From the NCBI RefSeq assembly GCF_052425735.1, contig NC_135768.1, forward strand, positions 7,812,001 to 7,876,000: 64,000 bases of DNA, in the 5' to 3' direction. The first letter of the stretch is position 1. Each line of letters opens with the position of its first letter. The notes beneath the pieces were generated by a model. That model made no database searches. It saw nothing but the letters and a program-made list of their open reading frames with translations, and was not told the origin of the DNA. This stretch comes from Oculina patagonica. Taxonomy: Eukaryota. Below are positions 35,801 through 46,502 of the stretch, piece after piece. The position numbers and the translations under genes are program-made.

Positions 35801-38693
35801 CGTTGTACTGCAGGGCTATTTACGTACACACCGAAAATGTCATTGTCTATTTCCACTGTTGTTCCAACAGCTAGTCTATCAGAAGCAATTTGCATGACAT
35901 ATCGCTTGTCTTGACGGTCGTCGACTTTCAGCCAGAAAGTCACTGTAAAGCCTGTCTCACAGGCATCCGGGTCACTGATGCAGTGGTATGAAAAATCTCC
36001 TAAGTCGGCCCAGCTTCCTAACAAACCGTCCAATTGAAGTCCGTTTTTGCTATTGGCCTCGACACTAGTGGCACCTCTTTGGTCTACAATTCCAGGGTCC
36101 GTTAAGGTGTTGAATGACCAATAATAGCTCGCCTTTTTATACCATGGGTCATCCCCTGTAAAAATTAACCAGCACAATCGTAGGTTCAGATTGGGAATTT
36201 TTTAAAAAGAATTTACCAAAAATTAAACTGCCTGGTCACTTTTTGATTAAAAATAATGTATTTTAATGTTTCGTTCCATTTGGAGAGTCTTTTAATTTAC
36301 ACTTTTTCCAAACCAGTTTCGTGGACCAGTTTTATCGTAATGACATTCAAAAGGTTATTTGCAGTTTACTTGTTACACACTATTATAGTTACCAGTTGAA
36401 AGTAATTCGCGTTGGCTTTAGCTTTGCATTACAACGCTTAGTGAAAGGTTATAACATCTCGCGCCACTTTCGCAACAAATCAGAAGTTAAAGCAAAACCA
36501 ATCGTGACTCGCTCGCATACACTTTTTCGCGCTGCGTGTCGGCTACATGTATTTGCTTCGAGTTTTGTTTGGTTCACTGGATTGTCTGTATTCTATGTCG
36601 TTGGCCAGAGTGATTACTCTGATTTTGGTTTTGCGACACTCAATCGAAAATAGTTCTATAATATAAAAAGAGCTGTTCATTATAAGCTAGTTTATCGCAG
36701 AGTTAGCCCCCAGCATAAGTTCGCCGGTACCCATTAATAAACCTAGGTGGAGAGAGGCACTAGGAGAGTTTTTCACTTAAAAGTGTCCTGGCAAGAACAC
36801 AAAACAATGACCCCGGCTAAGGCTCGAACCCGGACCGCTCGATCGGGAGTCCAGCGCGCCAAACATTAAGCCACCGCGTCTCCCATAAATCCTATTTTCT
36901 TGTTACGCAATTTTAAATAGAATGTTTCGCTTTTAGTTTTAGTTATTGACCAAGTTGTGCGTTGTAGTTCATCGGCACGGATGCATTGCAGGCCTATGTT
37001 TACATTTTAAATTATGCATCGATACATGTGTCGACAAGTGCTCCCACGCAAACAGTACAATCACCTAAACACGACCACTTCAAATACTTAAAAAACCGCT
37101 GAAGCGTTCGAAAAGTTTGTTTACAACTACTAGCTTTTGTTCTTAACTAAAAACAAGATTAAGAGAAATTCAATAGGGATTTATTCGTTTCTGTTTTGAT
37201 TTCGTGTAAATCTCTTATTAGAGTCAGCGTTTCAAACATATCATTTGGCCCAACACCAGGAATCTAAAGATAGCGTTAATTAACATTGTAGTCTTTAATT
37301 CTGTGCCAACAATTGCCAAAAAAGTCGTATTTTGGAGAAATTACAGTAACAGGAACGGCCTCAAAACATAAAAATAGTATTCAAAGACAAAGCGAAACAG
37401 TCAGAGGCGGTAGGCTATGCCGGATTAACGGTACGCGGTGTTTCACAACAAACTGGTAACTACACGACTTGACAATTCACTTGCGAAAAATGTTTGTTAA
37501 AAGCCCCTGACCACTGTTCTTAATTCAAGTTTGTAACAACAAGGATTTCTTACAAAATTGGATTTTTTTCTTAGCAATCAAAATTTGGAATACACTTTTG
37601 ATTCCAAGAAGATTTATACGTTGTGAAGCTTGACCGTTTTTGGCATTATTTATTTTCTGGCGGTTTTCCAAAACGACAGGTTGAACGCAGGTCTCTACCT
37701 AGGACGAGAGAGTGGTTAGAAGGGGTAAAAGAGCGAAGTTACGTAAGAAACGCATTAGAATGAAAACAAAAAATAATCGTTGTATTTTTACCTTGCATAT
37801 GAAGAGCTTAAAATAATACGATGACTAATTTTAGAAACAAGTTTGAAAATCCCTGACTGAGAAGTTTTGTTAGCTTTTATCTGTCGCCTGTGGCGAACTT
37901 TGCATCGAAACAGATCGATTGATTATTGAGACACGAATACAAGAGTATGCTTGTTATATGTAAAGAATTCACGGCAAAGTGTCCTCTGTGAAATAAGATA
38001 AATAATCTCCCTGTATTTTTAAAATTGTGTGCTATCTTTATCACAAAGACAGTCTGACATGAAAATTAACAAATGTCTTTGCGTGTGATATGTAGTCAAG
38101 AAGTGATAGTTTTAATTTAAAATGTAAATATCTCAGCTCAACCTTTATATTTGTGTCGGAGATGGTAACATAATTTACAGATTCATCGACAAAACATTGA
38201 AACTTAGGTCAGTGGAATTTTACGTAACTGCGCATATTAAAAAAAAATGCGTTGCACGGTACTTGAATAGAGTTTTCTATCAACGAAATTTAAGAATTGT
38301 TCATAAATGTAGCAGATCCTACTAAAACTGAATTTTTACCTCGTACATTTTGTTTCTAAACACAATTTTAAATAGTCATCCTCGACTGTCTCGGTGCACT
38401 AAGCAAAACGATATCCATGCGTATTTTAAGTAAAAATTGGAAAGACAATGTTAATTGCATTACATCGACAGCTAAACACATATTTAGCAAGCAAAGTCTT
38501 ACCGGTAACTGTAAGTCCGTTTGCAACACGTGCACGAAAGCACTGAAATAAAAACAAACCGAAAATAAATGTTGAGAATCACACAAGAAGACGCACATAG
38601 TTGGCAATTACACTTATACAGCCGCTTTTTACATCTACGTACCAGTTGCACCACAAGTAGAAATGCGAGGCTATGAACCTTTCCAAAAACCAT
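20145..38693 (-). CDS. Gene B: LamG/pentraxin-6xTSP1-SEA-6xFN3-fused, iGluR-topology channel with K+ selectivity filter, about 1817 aa, 20 exons
   Basis: Manual model complement(join(38693-38643,38542-38503,36155-35514,34899-33844,33385-33276,32710-32640,32284-32142,31598-31299,30800-30504,30126-29821,29014-28709,28056-27754,27072-26767,25778-25312,25124-25030,24443-24287,23859-23793,22758-22487,21429-21255,20434-20145)). Total 5454 nt, all phases compatible, 18 GT-AG introns and one GC-AG intron. Confidence 0.85.
20842..21194. mobile_element. MITE in gene B intron 19
   Basis: Inverted termini GCACTTTCCATTT / AAATGGAAAGCGC with internal AAACCGGT/AACAGGTTT and GGAA-rich subrepeats. Confidence 0.55.
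21673..22001 (-). mobile_element. Penelope-like element terminal fragment (pLTR) with hammerhead ribozyme and inverted end
   Basis: Contains the minimal type-I hammerhead (21757-21801) and a perfect 30-bp inverted repeat (21917-21946 / 21972-22001). Degenerate direct repeats AACAGTAGATGTATAGT / AACAGTTGATGTCATAGT flank it. Confidence 0.75.
21757..21801 (-). ncRNA. Minimal type-I hammerhead ribozyme motif (Penelope-associated)
   Basis: The minus strand reads UGACU-CUGAAGA-U-GAC-uucugcucagguu-GUC-GAAA-C-GUC^-AGUCA. Stem I is UGACU/AGUCA, stem II is GAC/GUC, and a palindromic ACGU replaces stem III. Confidence 0.75.
22813..23236 (-). mobile_element. Penelope-like element remnant: reverse-transcriptase fragment plus degenerate hammerhead
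   Basis: QWRNTRSVVNWFSSIEDK...FLIFDIVDFYPSIS...IEIIMHSRKTLMY (RT motif around FDI.DFYPSI). At 22823-22864 the minus strand reads ACAGU-CUGACGA-UCGC...GUGAAACUC...ACUGU. Confidence 0.75.
24287..25778 (-). CDS. Gene B exons 14-16: S1 lobe, M1, pore helix and TTVGYGD filter, M3
   Basis: YWLNPPY...GIFPPIL...CCGEC...GVAFIV; M1 WPLIVTVFISAFFAGIVMWFM; EGMWWAFVTMTTVG|YGDRVPRGIHSKLFGIVWITCGLVIIALVMSFITTSLT. Confidence 0.92.
26767..31598 (-). CDS. Gene B exons 8-13: six fibronectin type-III domains, one per exon
   Basis: Each 297-306-nt phase 1-1 exon reads P..PP.NV...N.SSTSI.V.W......HG.LLGY...Y.....L..L..YT.Y...V...T..G.G..S.....T.ED, an RPTP/Sidekick-type FN3. Confidence 0.95.
27326..27530 (+). 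mobile_element. tRNA-derived SINE (Meta-domain-like), diverged
   Basis: GGGATGGCGCA..GTGGTGAGAGC A box, GGATTCAATTCC B box, then TCTCCGGGTTCGTCGGTTTTCCT core. Confidence 0.7.
29090..29161. repeat. Short tandem repeat (GGTATGCCACATG / TTTTATGCATTAT units)
   Basis: Directly visible direct repeats. Confidence 0.8.
30945..31096. mobile_element. Palindromic MITE (about 150 bp)
   Basis: CCAGGCTCCGGTTGTTCAAAGGGTGGATAA...TTATCCACCTTTCAAACAACTGGGCCAGG, with internal GGATA/TATCC repeats. Confidence 0.8.
32142..33385 (-). CDS. Gene B exons 5-7: SEA-like domain
   Basis: GISFITAVTFTKEKFNTDILNMETNTFKQLADKIKYNVHKIY...IDVKW...GPGVQCVLQFGF follows the SEA pattern (F...F..DL.N..S..F..LA..I). The three exons bridge TSP1 and FN3 in frame. 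Confidence 0.65.
33844..34899 (-). CDS. Gene B exon 4: six thrombospondin type-1 repeats
   Basis: Six tandem units of xDGxYxxWxxFxxCxxSCGxGxxxRxRxCxxPxPxxGGxxC...CxxxxCP in a single 1056-nt phase 1-1 exon. Confidence 0.95.
35041..35232. repeat. (TCTG)n and (TCAA)n microsatellites
   Basis: TCTG run at 35041-35105 and TCAA run at 35197-35232. Confidence 0.92.
35514..36155 (-). CDS. Gene B exon 3: LamG-like/pentraxin (ConA-like jelly-roll) domain
   Basis: YWSFN...GLQLDG...DLG...CISDPDACETGFTVTFWLK...WNFVALTWN...IDELAVWNGLLS matches the Laminin_G_3 pattern and resembles the N-terminal domain of ADGRD1/GPR133-type receptors. Confidence 0.85.
36375..36658. repeat. Interspersed repeat (MITE-like) with further copies at about 44727-44962, 42478-42540 and 15810-15900
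   Basis: The AAACCAATCGTGACTCGCTCGC...TTTTCGCGCTGCGTGTCGGCTACATGTATTTGCTTCGAGTTTT motif recurs in both orientations within the window. Confidence 0.75.
36696..36885 (-). mobile_element. tRNA-derived CORE-like SINE (same family as 17272-17731)
   Basis: Shares CCCCAGCAT..GTTCGCCGGTACCCATT..ACCT.GGTGGAGAGAGGCACT...CAAGAACACAA...GGCTCGAACCCGGACCGCTCGATC. Degenerate copies lie at about 8030-8160 and 13000-13110. Confidence 0.8.
38503..38693 (-). CDS. Gene B exons 1-2 (38693-38643, 38542-38503): signal peptide
   Basis: MVFGKVHSLAFLLVVQL|CFRARVANG-LTVTG. Donor CTG|GTACGT, 100-nt intron with a long pyrimidine tract and TTTCAG acceptor, donor CCG|GTAAGA in phase 1. Confidence 0.7.
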
Positions 38694-41464
38694 CTCCTCC
38701 GTTTAGCTGCAGACGCAAAAATGACTTCACTTTTGATTAGCCATTAGCTGCACACCATCTCATAGTGGTACCGCTATTGATAGCTTTTTGTAGATTCTCG
38801 CAGGCAACTAGGCAAAATATTCCACCATGCCAAGGTCGAAGCTGCATTCGGTAATATTCGCATGGTTTCTCGAAGCCTGTATTCAAAGTAAAAAGAAAAA
38901 CCTCTTGTTAATAATTGATCATTGGTGAATAATTATTGTGCAGAACGGTAATGCTATAAGCCATACTTTTGAAAATTATGTGCTAAGAGGGATTTGGTTG
39001 ATTAGCTCGCAACTCCGTTGTTACATTAGTCAAAATGTGAAAAACAGAATTTTAATAGCAATATCAGAGCGGTAATATGGTTGCAGTCACGCAATTAAAT
39101 TACAAGAATTCCCCCCTGAGAAACTAGCTTGTGTGGTTTGAATGGCCCAGTGAGAAACAAGATATAGTTGATGTAACCGCAAGTTTCCCGCAACATACAT
39201 CTCTAACTTCACCAGCATTACATTATCACAGTGGGTAGGAAAGCAAAACCTTTCATCATTTAGCATATATAAATCGCAGTGATTATAGAGATCAATGTAA
39301 AAGAAACTGAAGAAATAAAATGAAACACTAAAAGACCCCGACAATATTCAGCAATGTAGCTAGGTCTTTCGTTTAATTAAGAAAGAACGGAAGAATTAAT
39401 TGACAAATTGTTTTAATTTCTCAACAAGCTCTCGAAATAAGTGGCTAATATTATGAAAAGAAACGATAGTCTTAACTTTTTTGCCTAAAACAAAAAACTA
39501 CGGTTTTCATTGAATATTCAAATCAATTTTTCCTTAGCAAAAACTTCCTAAAGATTGTTTGAAGCCATTTTTTGTGCCCTTCATACATTTGAAACATCGA
39601 GACATTAGAAATAACTTTGAAATAAATGACGCACTTCTTTAAAGATAATTTCTTTTTGTCGCGGTTTCCCTTTCTTTTTGCCGCGGCTTCCTTTCTTCCT
39701 ACGAGAAATGGCGGGAAACGGCTGTGCTTAATTTAACGGAAGCCTTCATACTTTGCAGCCTTTCATAAGCGCTATAACACTAATAAAAGACTGCACCGTC
39801 TCTATGCTTAAACGAAGGTGACCAATTCATCTCATGCCGGTTTGACAAAAAGACACTTTTTCCAGTCAAGGTTTTCTCTGATTTTGATATGATTTTGATT
39901 TTTGATTTGATTTTAATACGTAAGTCGGGATTCGCTTGTTTTCGCAGACAACAATCTCTGTATCACTTAGATATGAGTTAGTGTTAATAGATTATCTTTC
40001 TGCGTTATCAGTTCTTCCCATGTAATAAACTAATCGTGCATTGTTTACAGCCCCTTTTCAATTTTACCTTTCGATTATCATGACAATATTTGCATTTGGA
40101 TTAAATATTCACGACAAGTAAAGTTTAATTAGTCTTAATTCTTTCCTCTCTTTCGATCTTAGTAAACTTTCCACCACTTTTAAAAGTGTATTGGCAAGCG
40201 AAGTAAATGTAGCCATCAGACTTGCTTCCGACAGAGAATGTAATGTGGTGATCAATTCTACCCAATTAATTTGTTGAGTCATCTAGTTCATTAAACAACA
40301 GACTTATGGCGCCTGTCGGCTTGAAAATAAGTTGTAAAATGCCCATCAAAACATCATAAAAACAATGGAATTTTTATTTATTTTTAAATAAACGTAAACG
40401 TACACGCACCATGACGCTATGTACTTAAACTTTTTAAGTTTAAACCCTGCAAAAATTAGCCTCCTCACTTTGCACTGACACTGTATTTATTTTAATCTGA
40501 ATATCTAGTCGTATCAAAGCAATGCTCTTAATTATAGATACTCTAGCGAACAACCGATTCGTTTTTGTATGATCGTATTAGAACTTTAGTTGTGTGTTGC
40601 ATAAGAGAGTATCCAATAAAAGTAAAAGAATCTAATAAAAGTATCTAATCAAAGATTATCTCATTTTTCCATTTATTAGGCACAACTGTGCAATTATGTT
40701 AATCTGCTGAATAACTTTCAACTTTTATCCTTTTCAACTAGAGTGGTTGGGGTTTTCTGTTGTAGACTAAAAAAAATAAAAACATGCAAACATTTTCTCC
40801 GGATATTCCTAATCCTTTACCGATTATATGGGATTAGGTAGGAACGACGCCCATTAAAATTAATTTACATTCTTGGAAAAAAAAAAAAACAGAAAAAAAA
40901 AACAAAAGCGCGCCATTGCGTTTTATGTTCACCAAAAATTACAGAACCTGGTCATTTCACGTTGTCGCTGCTTTGCAGATGTATCAATCAGCCGTTTTCT
41001 TATTCAAGAACTCTGTTAATATGGCCACCCGTTAAGGGCTCCAGGGTACTTATTTCACGTTGTCGCTGCTTTGCAGATGTATCCAAGACGGTTAAACACA
41101 CGTACCGTAGCTACTAAAACGTACCTCTTATTACATATTTTGTTTTCCAACGGCGTCGCCTTCGAAGGATGTTTAATCTTTCAGAACTACTGAAGCCAAA
41201 CACAATGGCGAGACAAATAATGACTTAATCGTTCTTTATTTCAGGGAGAATTTGAAGCAAAAGCAAAAACTCGTTTGTGTTTTGCTTGTGTTTTAATATT
41301 CCATAGGGAAGACATCTCTTTTCAAGCAATGTTTCTGTTATTTAAATTTCTAAACCGTTAAGCAAAATTACCGAATTTGTTGCAACAGCCAATCGTTGGC
41401 ATATAAATTACAAAAGGTGACAGCGCTGTTTTCCAGAACATCGTTTAACAATACATTTAAAAAC

Positions 41465-41870
41465 AAGCTGTTCAATAGCTTTTACTTTAATGATCGCACA
41501 TCATAATTTTAATCCACAAAATCGAAAGTTCAAAACACCTTGTACAGCATCATCACATGAAAGTACTGCTCAATAGCTTTCATTTGAATGGTCACACTAG
41601 GGTTTCTTCTACAGAGTTAAAAGTTAGAACCACCTTATAAAGAATAATAAACAGTACCACAAGAAAGTTCTGCTCAATAGCTTAAATTTGAATGGTCACA
41701 CACTAGGGTTTCGTCCACAGACGTTAAAGTTAGAATCATCTTGTACTTAGATTTGATTGATAACAGGTTTTTACCACAATCGAATTCTGCAACCACCCTG
41801 TAGTGTAGCATAATAAGCATTATAGCATGATGAAAATATGGTGCAGTAGCTTTCTTGGGCTAAATGGCAT
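41465..41870. repeat. Diverged tandem repeat, about 100-105-bp units
   Basis: Recurring AAAGTACTGCTCAATAGCTTTCATTTGAATGGTCACACTAGGGTTTC..CACAGA.GTTAAAGTTAGAA. Reverse-orientation relatives occur near 9970-10010, 10295-10350 and 11290-11345. Confidence 0.8.
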
Positions 41871-44800
41871 ATACTAGCATTTCCGCTGTTACACTAATAG
41901 CAACATTAATGGACTTGTTTGAGTTTGGGATAAGATAATTAAACTTATAATTCTTATTCTTATTCTTCTAAAATAGCGTGAAACGCAACTGTTTCTACAT
42001 GTGGCAAAACGTCTGTCTTCTGTTGCCTAATTGAAACAGCGGCTAACGAACTAAAAAAATATCACCCAAATAACACTGGAACACGACCGCGGAAAAAAGT
42101 TCAATCAGCCTATTTCTTATTGAAGAACTCCGTTAATCTGGCCACCCGTTAATACGATTGGGTGGGCGGATAAATGGGGTTCCACGGTACTTATCCGAAA
42201 ATGCAAAAGCAACGTCTCTGCATTGTCGAACTATATGTCCAATAAGCTAGTAAGATGACGCTGTGTATTTCGAGAATTATTCATAATCTCTAAATACACT
42301 TTTATCTATTCAAATTCACTGCAGCGATTTTTTTTTGGTGGAGAAAGTATCGAAGTTCCAATCTTTTGGTACAACAATTCATTTTCTGACAAGGAAGGTT
42401 AACTTATGGAAGAATTTTCATTTGGAAAACTTCGGTTAAGAGAATTTTGAACATAAAAAATAAACCTATCACATTCAGAACCAAAAGCAATCGTGACTCA
42501 CTTTCTTGCGTTTTCCCGCGTTTCGTGCCGGCTACACGTAGTCTTAGAAATTCAAAACCTATTTCAAAGGGCACCAGAAAATTGTTGTTGCTAAAAATAT
42601 CTTAATTAGGAAATGTTTCGTGTACAGTTTTTTCCCACAATGATTAGAGTTTGGAGGCAAATGCTACCCTGTAGATCTAGTTTCGCCTACAAAAAATATT
42701 CAAGACCTAGTGATGTTTTTCCTCTCGCTCGTGCACAAGTTTTCGTGCACCCTGGGTTTGAACCAAACTTATAAGCTTGATAAGCTTTATTTTAAGCATC
42801 TTATGCTAATTTGGTGTTAGACCATTAGACGCTTCTTTGCAATTGAAAATCATTAACATGAGCTGCAATATGAAACGCAATGTTTTTAGGATGTCTGCAG
42901 TATCTTTTTTCAGTTTTAATATAAACTGTCATTGAACACGATTTTAAACAAAAGTAAAGGATTGGAAAAATAAACCATATACCCGGGTAGAGCAAATAAT
43001 GTTATAGTGGTTAAATATCTGGATCAGAAAAGTATCTTGATAGGCTTTTAAAAGCGTAAAACAAAAACATAAGGTTTTACAACTTACTTCATTATAATCA
43101 TTAATTAGGGAAAATATTTATGTTTTGATCAGCAGAGCTATTTTAAAACAGAAGAAATCCGTAATGAAAACATGTGTGTGTCGTAGAAAAATTCTCACCA
43201 ATTATAACTTTCTTAACAATTACAATTTTGGACACTCTTCTTAATTGTGGTTGTTGTGACAGTTTTTCGAAGAACGCTAACATTTTTATAGCCCTTCATG
43301 TTATGTTTGTTATGTCTTCAGGATTTTGATATTTTTAGGCAAATGTTTCAGAAAAATTGCGACTTTGTTTGTATTTTCCTCGTTTTCGGTTTATTTCCAG
43401 TAGTAAATATTGTTTCATTAATTATGGTTTAAGAAAATCTGTATTTCGTGACCAATACATCCAAACTAAAAACCGACGTTAGTAAATAAGTTTTACCGAA
43501 TATGAAACGGAACAATATTCTTAGGTAACAGGTGATTTTCAAAACTCTCAGCGTGCTTAAACTCCTTTGTCACGACGAAATATAAACATATAAATAGATT
43601 GGCCTTAGTTTACGAAAAACAAAGTCTTTAGAAAGCCTCCTTTTATAACGTTGCACATAAAAAACCCAAACAACTTTTCTACCTTTGTTTTTGAAGGTAA
43701 TTATCGCTTTTTGTTTCTCCTGTGAACAACGCCATAGAAAGATCGAAATTTTGGTACATCGTGCTTTTGTGGCCAAAGAAATTGGCTTATTGGCATTAAA
43801 TTTGCTCTTAGTACTTGTTGATTTAAAGAGTGTATCTATGTTACTACGGCATTTTTTACTTAACTTTGAAGATGATTTTAGTTGTGCTTAGCAGAAGTCC
43901 AAGTTGCAATTTTAGAAAAAGCAGCAGGGCATCTCCCTTCCTAGCTCGTTTTATCTTTGAGCTGCATCGAAAAACTGTCATTATCTACATTTTCACATTA
44001 CATTAGTAGTCACGAACCAGCAAAGAATACAATACTGAAGGAAAGCACTAAAAGTCGACTCCCTTTAATAAATATTTGAGTCACTCACCTTTCTTATACG
44101 CAAAATCACAAGAAGCTCTGCTTGAAACATCAATAAAAGGATCTTATGTACTGCAACAGCAGACATATATGCTAGACAATTGACGGGTCTGCACTTAAAA
44201 TGTCTGTAAAAATCACTTCGGGCAAAAATGTCGGCCTACCTTCAAATTCAAATTCAAAGAACTTGAAAGATTTGAGAAAATTGCCTTGTTTATCCTTGAT
44301 AGGCGAGGTTCATTACAATTATTTGAAAAACACGACTTATGCACGGCGGAAGACAACAGCCGATCTGTTTTAAAACTGTATTTTCCCATAGCAACCCAAT
44401 TGATGTCACAATGAACTAAAATGTAAATGTTTTCGAACTATTTGAAATCAATTATTTTCAATAATTTTCTTATCCCAGGAAGTTACTGATAATTGTTCTA
44501 AGTTTAGAAATGTCTTGGCTTTATATCGGAATATTTGATTATTTTAAACTTGCCGACTATGTCGTGAATAATATTAATTATGGTATTTTATACTAAGTGT
44601 AACGGAAGCATAAACCACAACATTGTTTCATGCTGATATCTTTCAGCATGCAATTTGACATATTTTTGTTGTGTACATATGTCTTGTACTACTATTTGTT
44701 ATTTTGAGTACAACTCTTTTAAAAACAGAGCAATTTTCGATTAAGTGTCGTAAAACCAAAGCCAAAGCAACCGGACAATTAAAACTCGAAGCAAATGTAT

Positions 44801-46502
44801 GTAGCCGGCACAAAACGCGGGAAAACGCAAGTAAGCGAGTCACGATTGGTTTTGGTTTTACCTCTGATAGGTTAAGAAAGTGGCGCGAGTTTTTTTTAAG
44901 TATAGCAATGCAAGACCAAATCAAATTTGAACTACCTTCGGACACTCAGGTGAAAATCTCTATATCACGTTCATTCAAATAAAGCCTATCTTTTTTCTAA
45001 ACCAGCACTTCTGATAAAAACGTTTCAATTCATCAAGACCATTAAACTAATGGACGCCTTAATACGTTGCGAAGTTCCGCATATAAAACATATGTCTTGT
45101 TAATTTCAAGAATTGCTAGTTTCCTTGATATGTTCTGAAGGAAAATTTTTATTCAGTTACACGAAAGTAATTCTGTTTTATCTTATCAAATGAAGTAATC
45201 ATGTTAGGTAGCAATATAAATTGAGAAATTGAGGAAATATTTTATTATCTTGCACTTGAGTTGCTGTATTCCAGATGTTTTTTCCCATATTTAAATCTGG
45301 GCAGACAGTAGTCTCGCAGTCTGAGGAAATTCATACATTTCCCTTTCTAGTGCACAAATAAATTATCGAAACATCACGAATATCTAGATAAAACAAAACA
45401 CAGTTTCCATGTCATCTTTTTTCTCCAAGGAATTTCTTCGACAGTGTTTCACCAAATGATCGGAACCTAATGAAAATAAACGTATGCAATGCCGTGTAAC
45501 GAAAAGCAGTTCGAGCTAAGAACTAGAGCGTTGAACGAAAATGAATAATTAAATTTCTACTTCATTGTATTTATAGGAATGGTGAGATCTGAGTTTTAAT
45601 CTTCCTGCATTTGCATTTATTTAATAAAAACTTATTTTACTGTTTATTAGGCTAAATGTATTGTTATGTTTCCGTTCGACGCTAAAACCTTGTGTTTGTT
45701 AGATCTGAGTTCCGGAAAATGTTTTCTAAGAACAATCTCAATTAAGGGCTTTAAATTGCCAAAAACTATATATGTTTTTACGACTGAATTTATTCAGGAG
45801 TATTGTGGGTAGTCATGGTTGGTCGGTTTTCGGTTGGTCCATTATCTGTAAACTTCTCATTGCAACTCCGCTGACCAGCAGATATACTTGTAGAAATAGT
45901 GTAGCAAGGCGGCCGTATAAAGGCGGCCGTATAAAAGCGGCCGTATAAAGGCGGTCTTTTAAATTTAAAGGGGTTTACAAGAAAAACCAGAAGCAAAGAA
46001 ACAAAATATGGCTGACAATTACGTGAAGAATTAAGTAATCGACCGCCAAAAAAGTGAACATTGAGAGCCAGTAATCTGCATTAATCGATCGATGACTTTC
46101 GTGTCTATCTTTCGAGCTAGCGTAGTACATGTATCGAAGGTAAGAGCATTCGAAAACTAAATCGGGTTTCACATAAGCTTCATAAGCGATGGATCTATCT
46201 AGAAACCAGAGCGTTGGCTAAAATCGAGTGCGTGGCTGCTTGTTCCCAAGAAAAGGAAAAGCTTTTCAGATGAAACAGCACAATATTACATTTGTACCTG
46301 AATCAGTCTATTATATTTTTTTTACAGCGTTATTACTTAACAGCCTACATGTAAATTATTCTGCAATGCATACCTACGGAGCGATATAATAAACAAACCA
46401 TTTTAGTGCTATGGGTTAAAAAAAGAAAAAAAAAAAGGAAAAAAGAAAAAAACTCTCTCCTCTGGGATTCGAACTCGCGACCTCTCGATCCGCAGTCAGA
46501 TG

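Noticed and set aside
37792-37852. Extra gene B exon with an AG...AAG|GTAAAA boundary
   Set aside because: The frame needed to join the LamG exon (phase 1) contains a TAA stop.
40952-41085. Direct duplication of about 33 bp around a segment also present at 42101-42150
   Set aside because: Looks like local rearrangement among common repeat fragments, with no coding or structural signal.
41465-41870. CRISPR-like array (also 45908-45956 and 58676-59159)
   Set aside because: Eukaryotic context; the units are tandem and diverged without unique spacers, and there are no cas genes.
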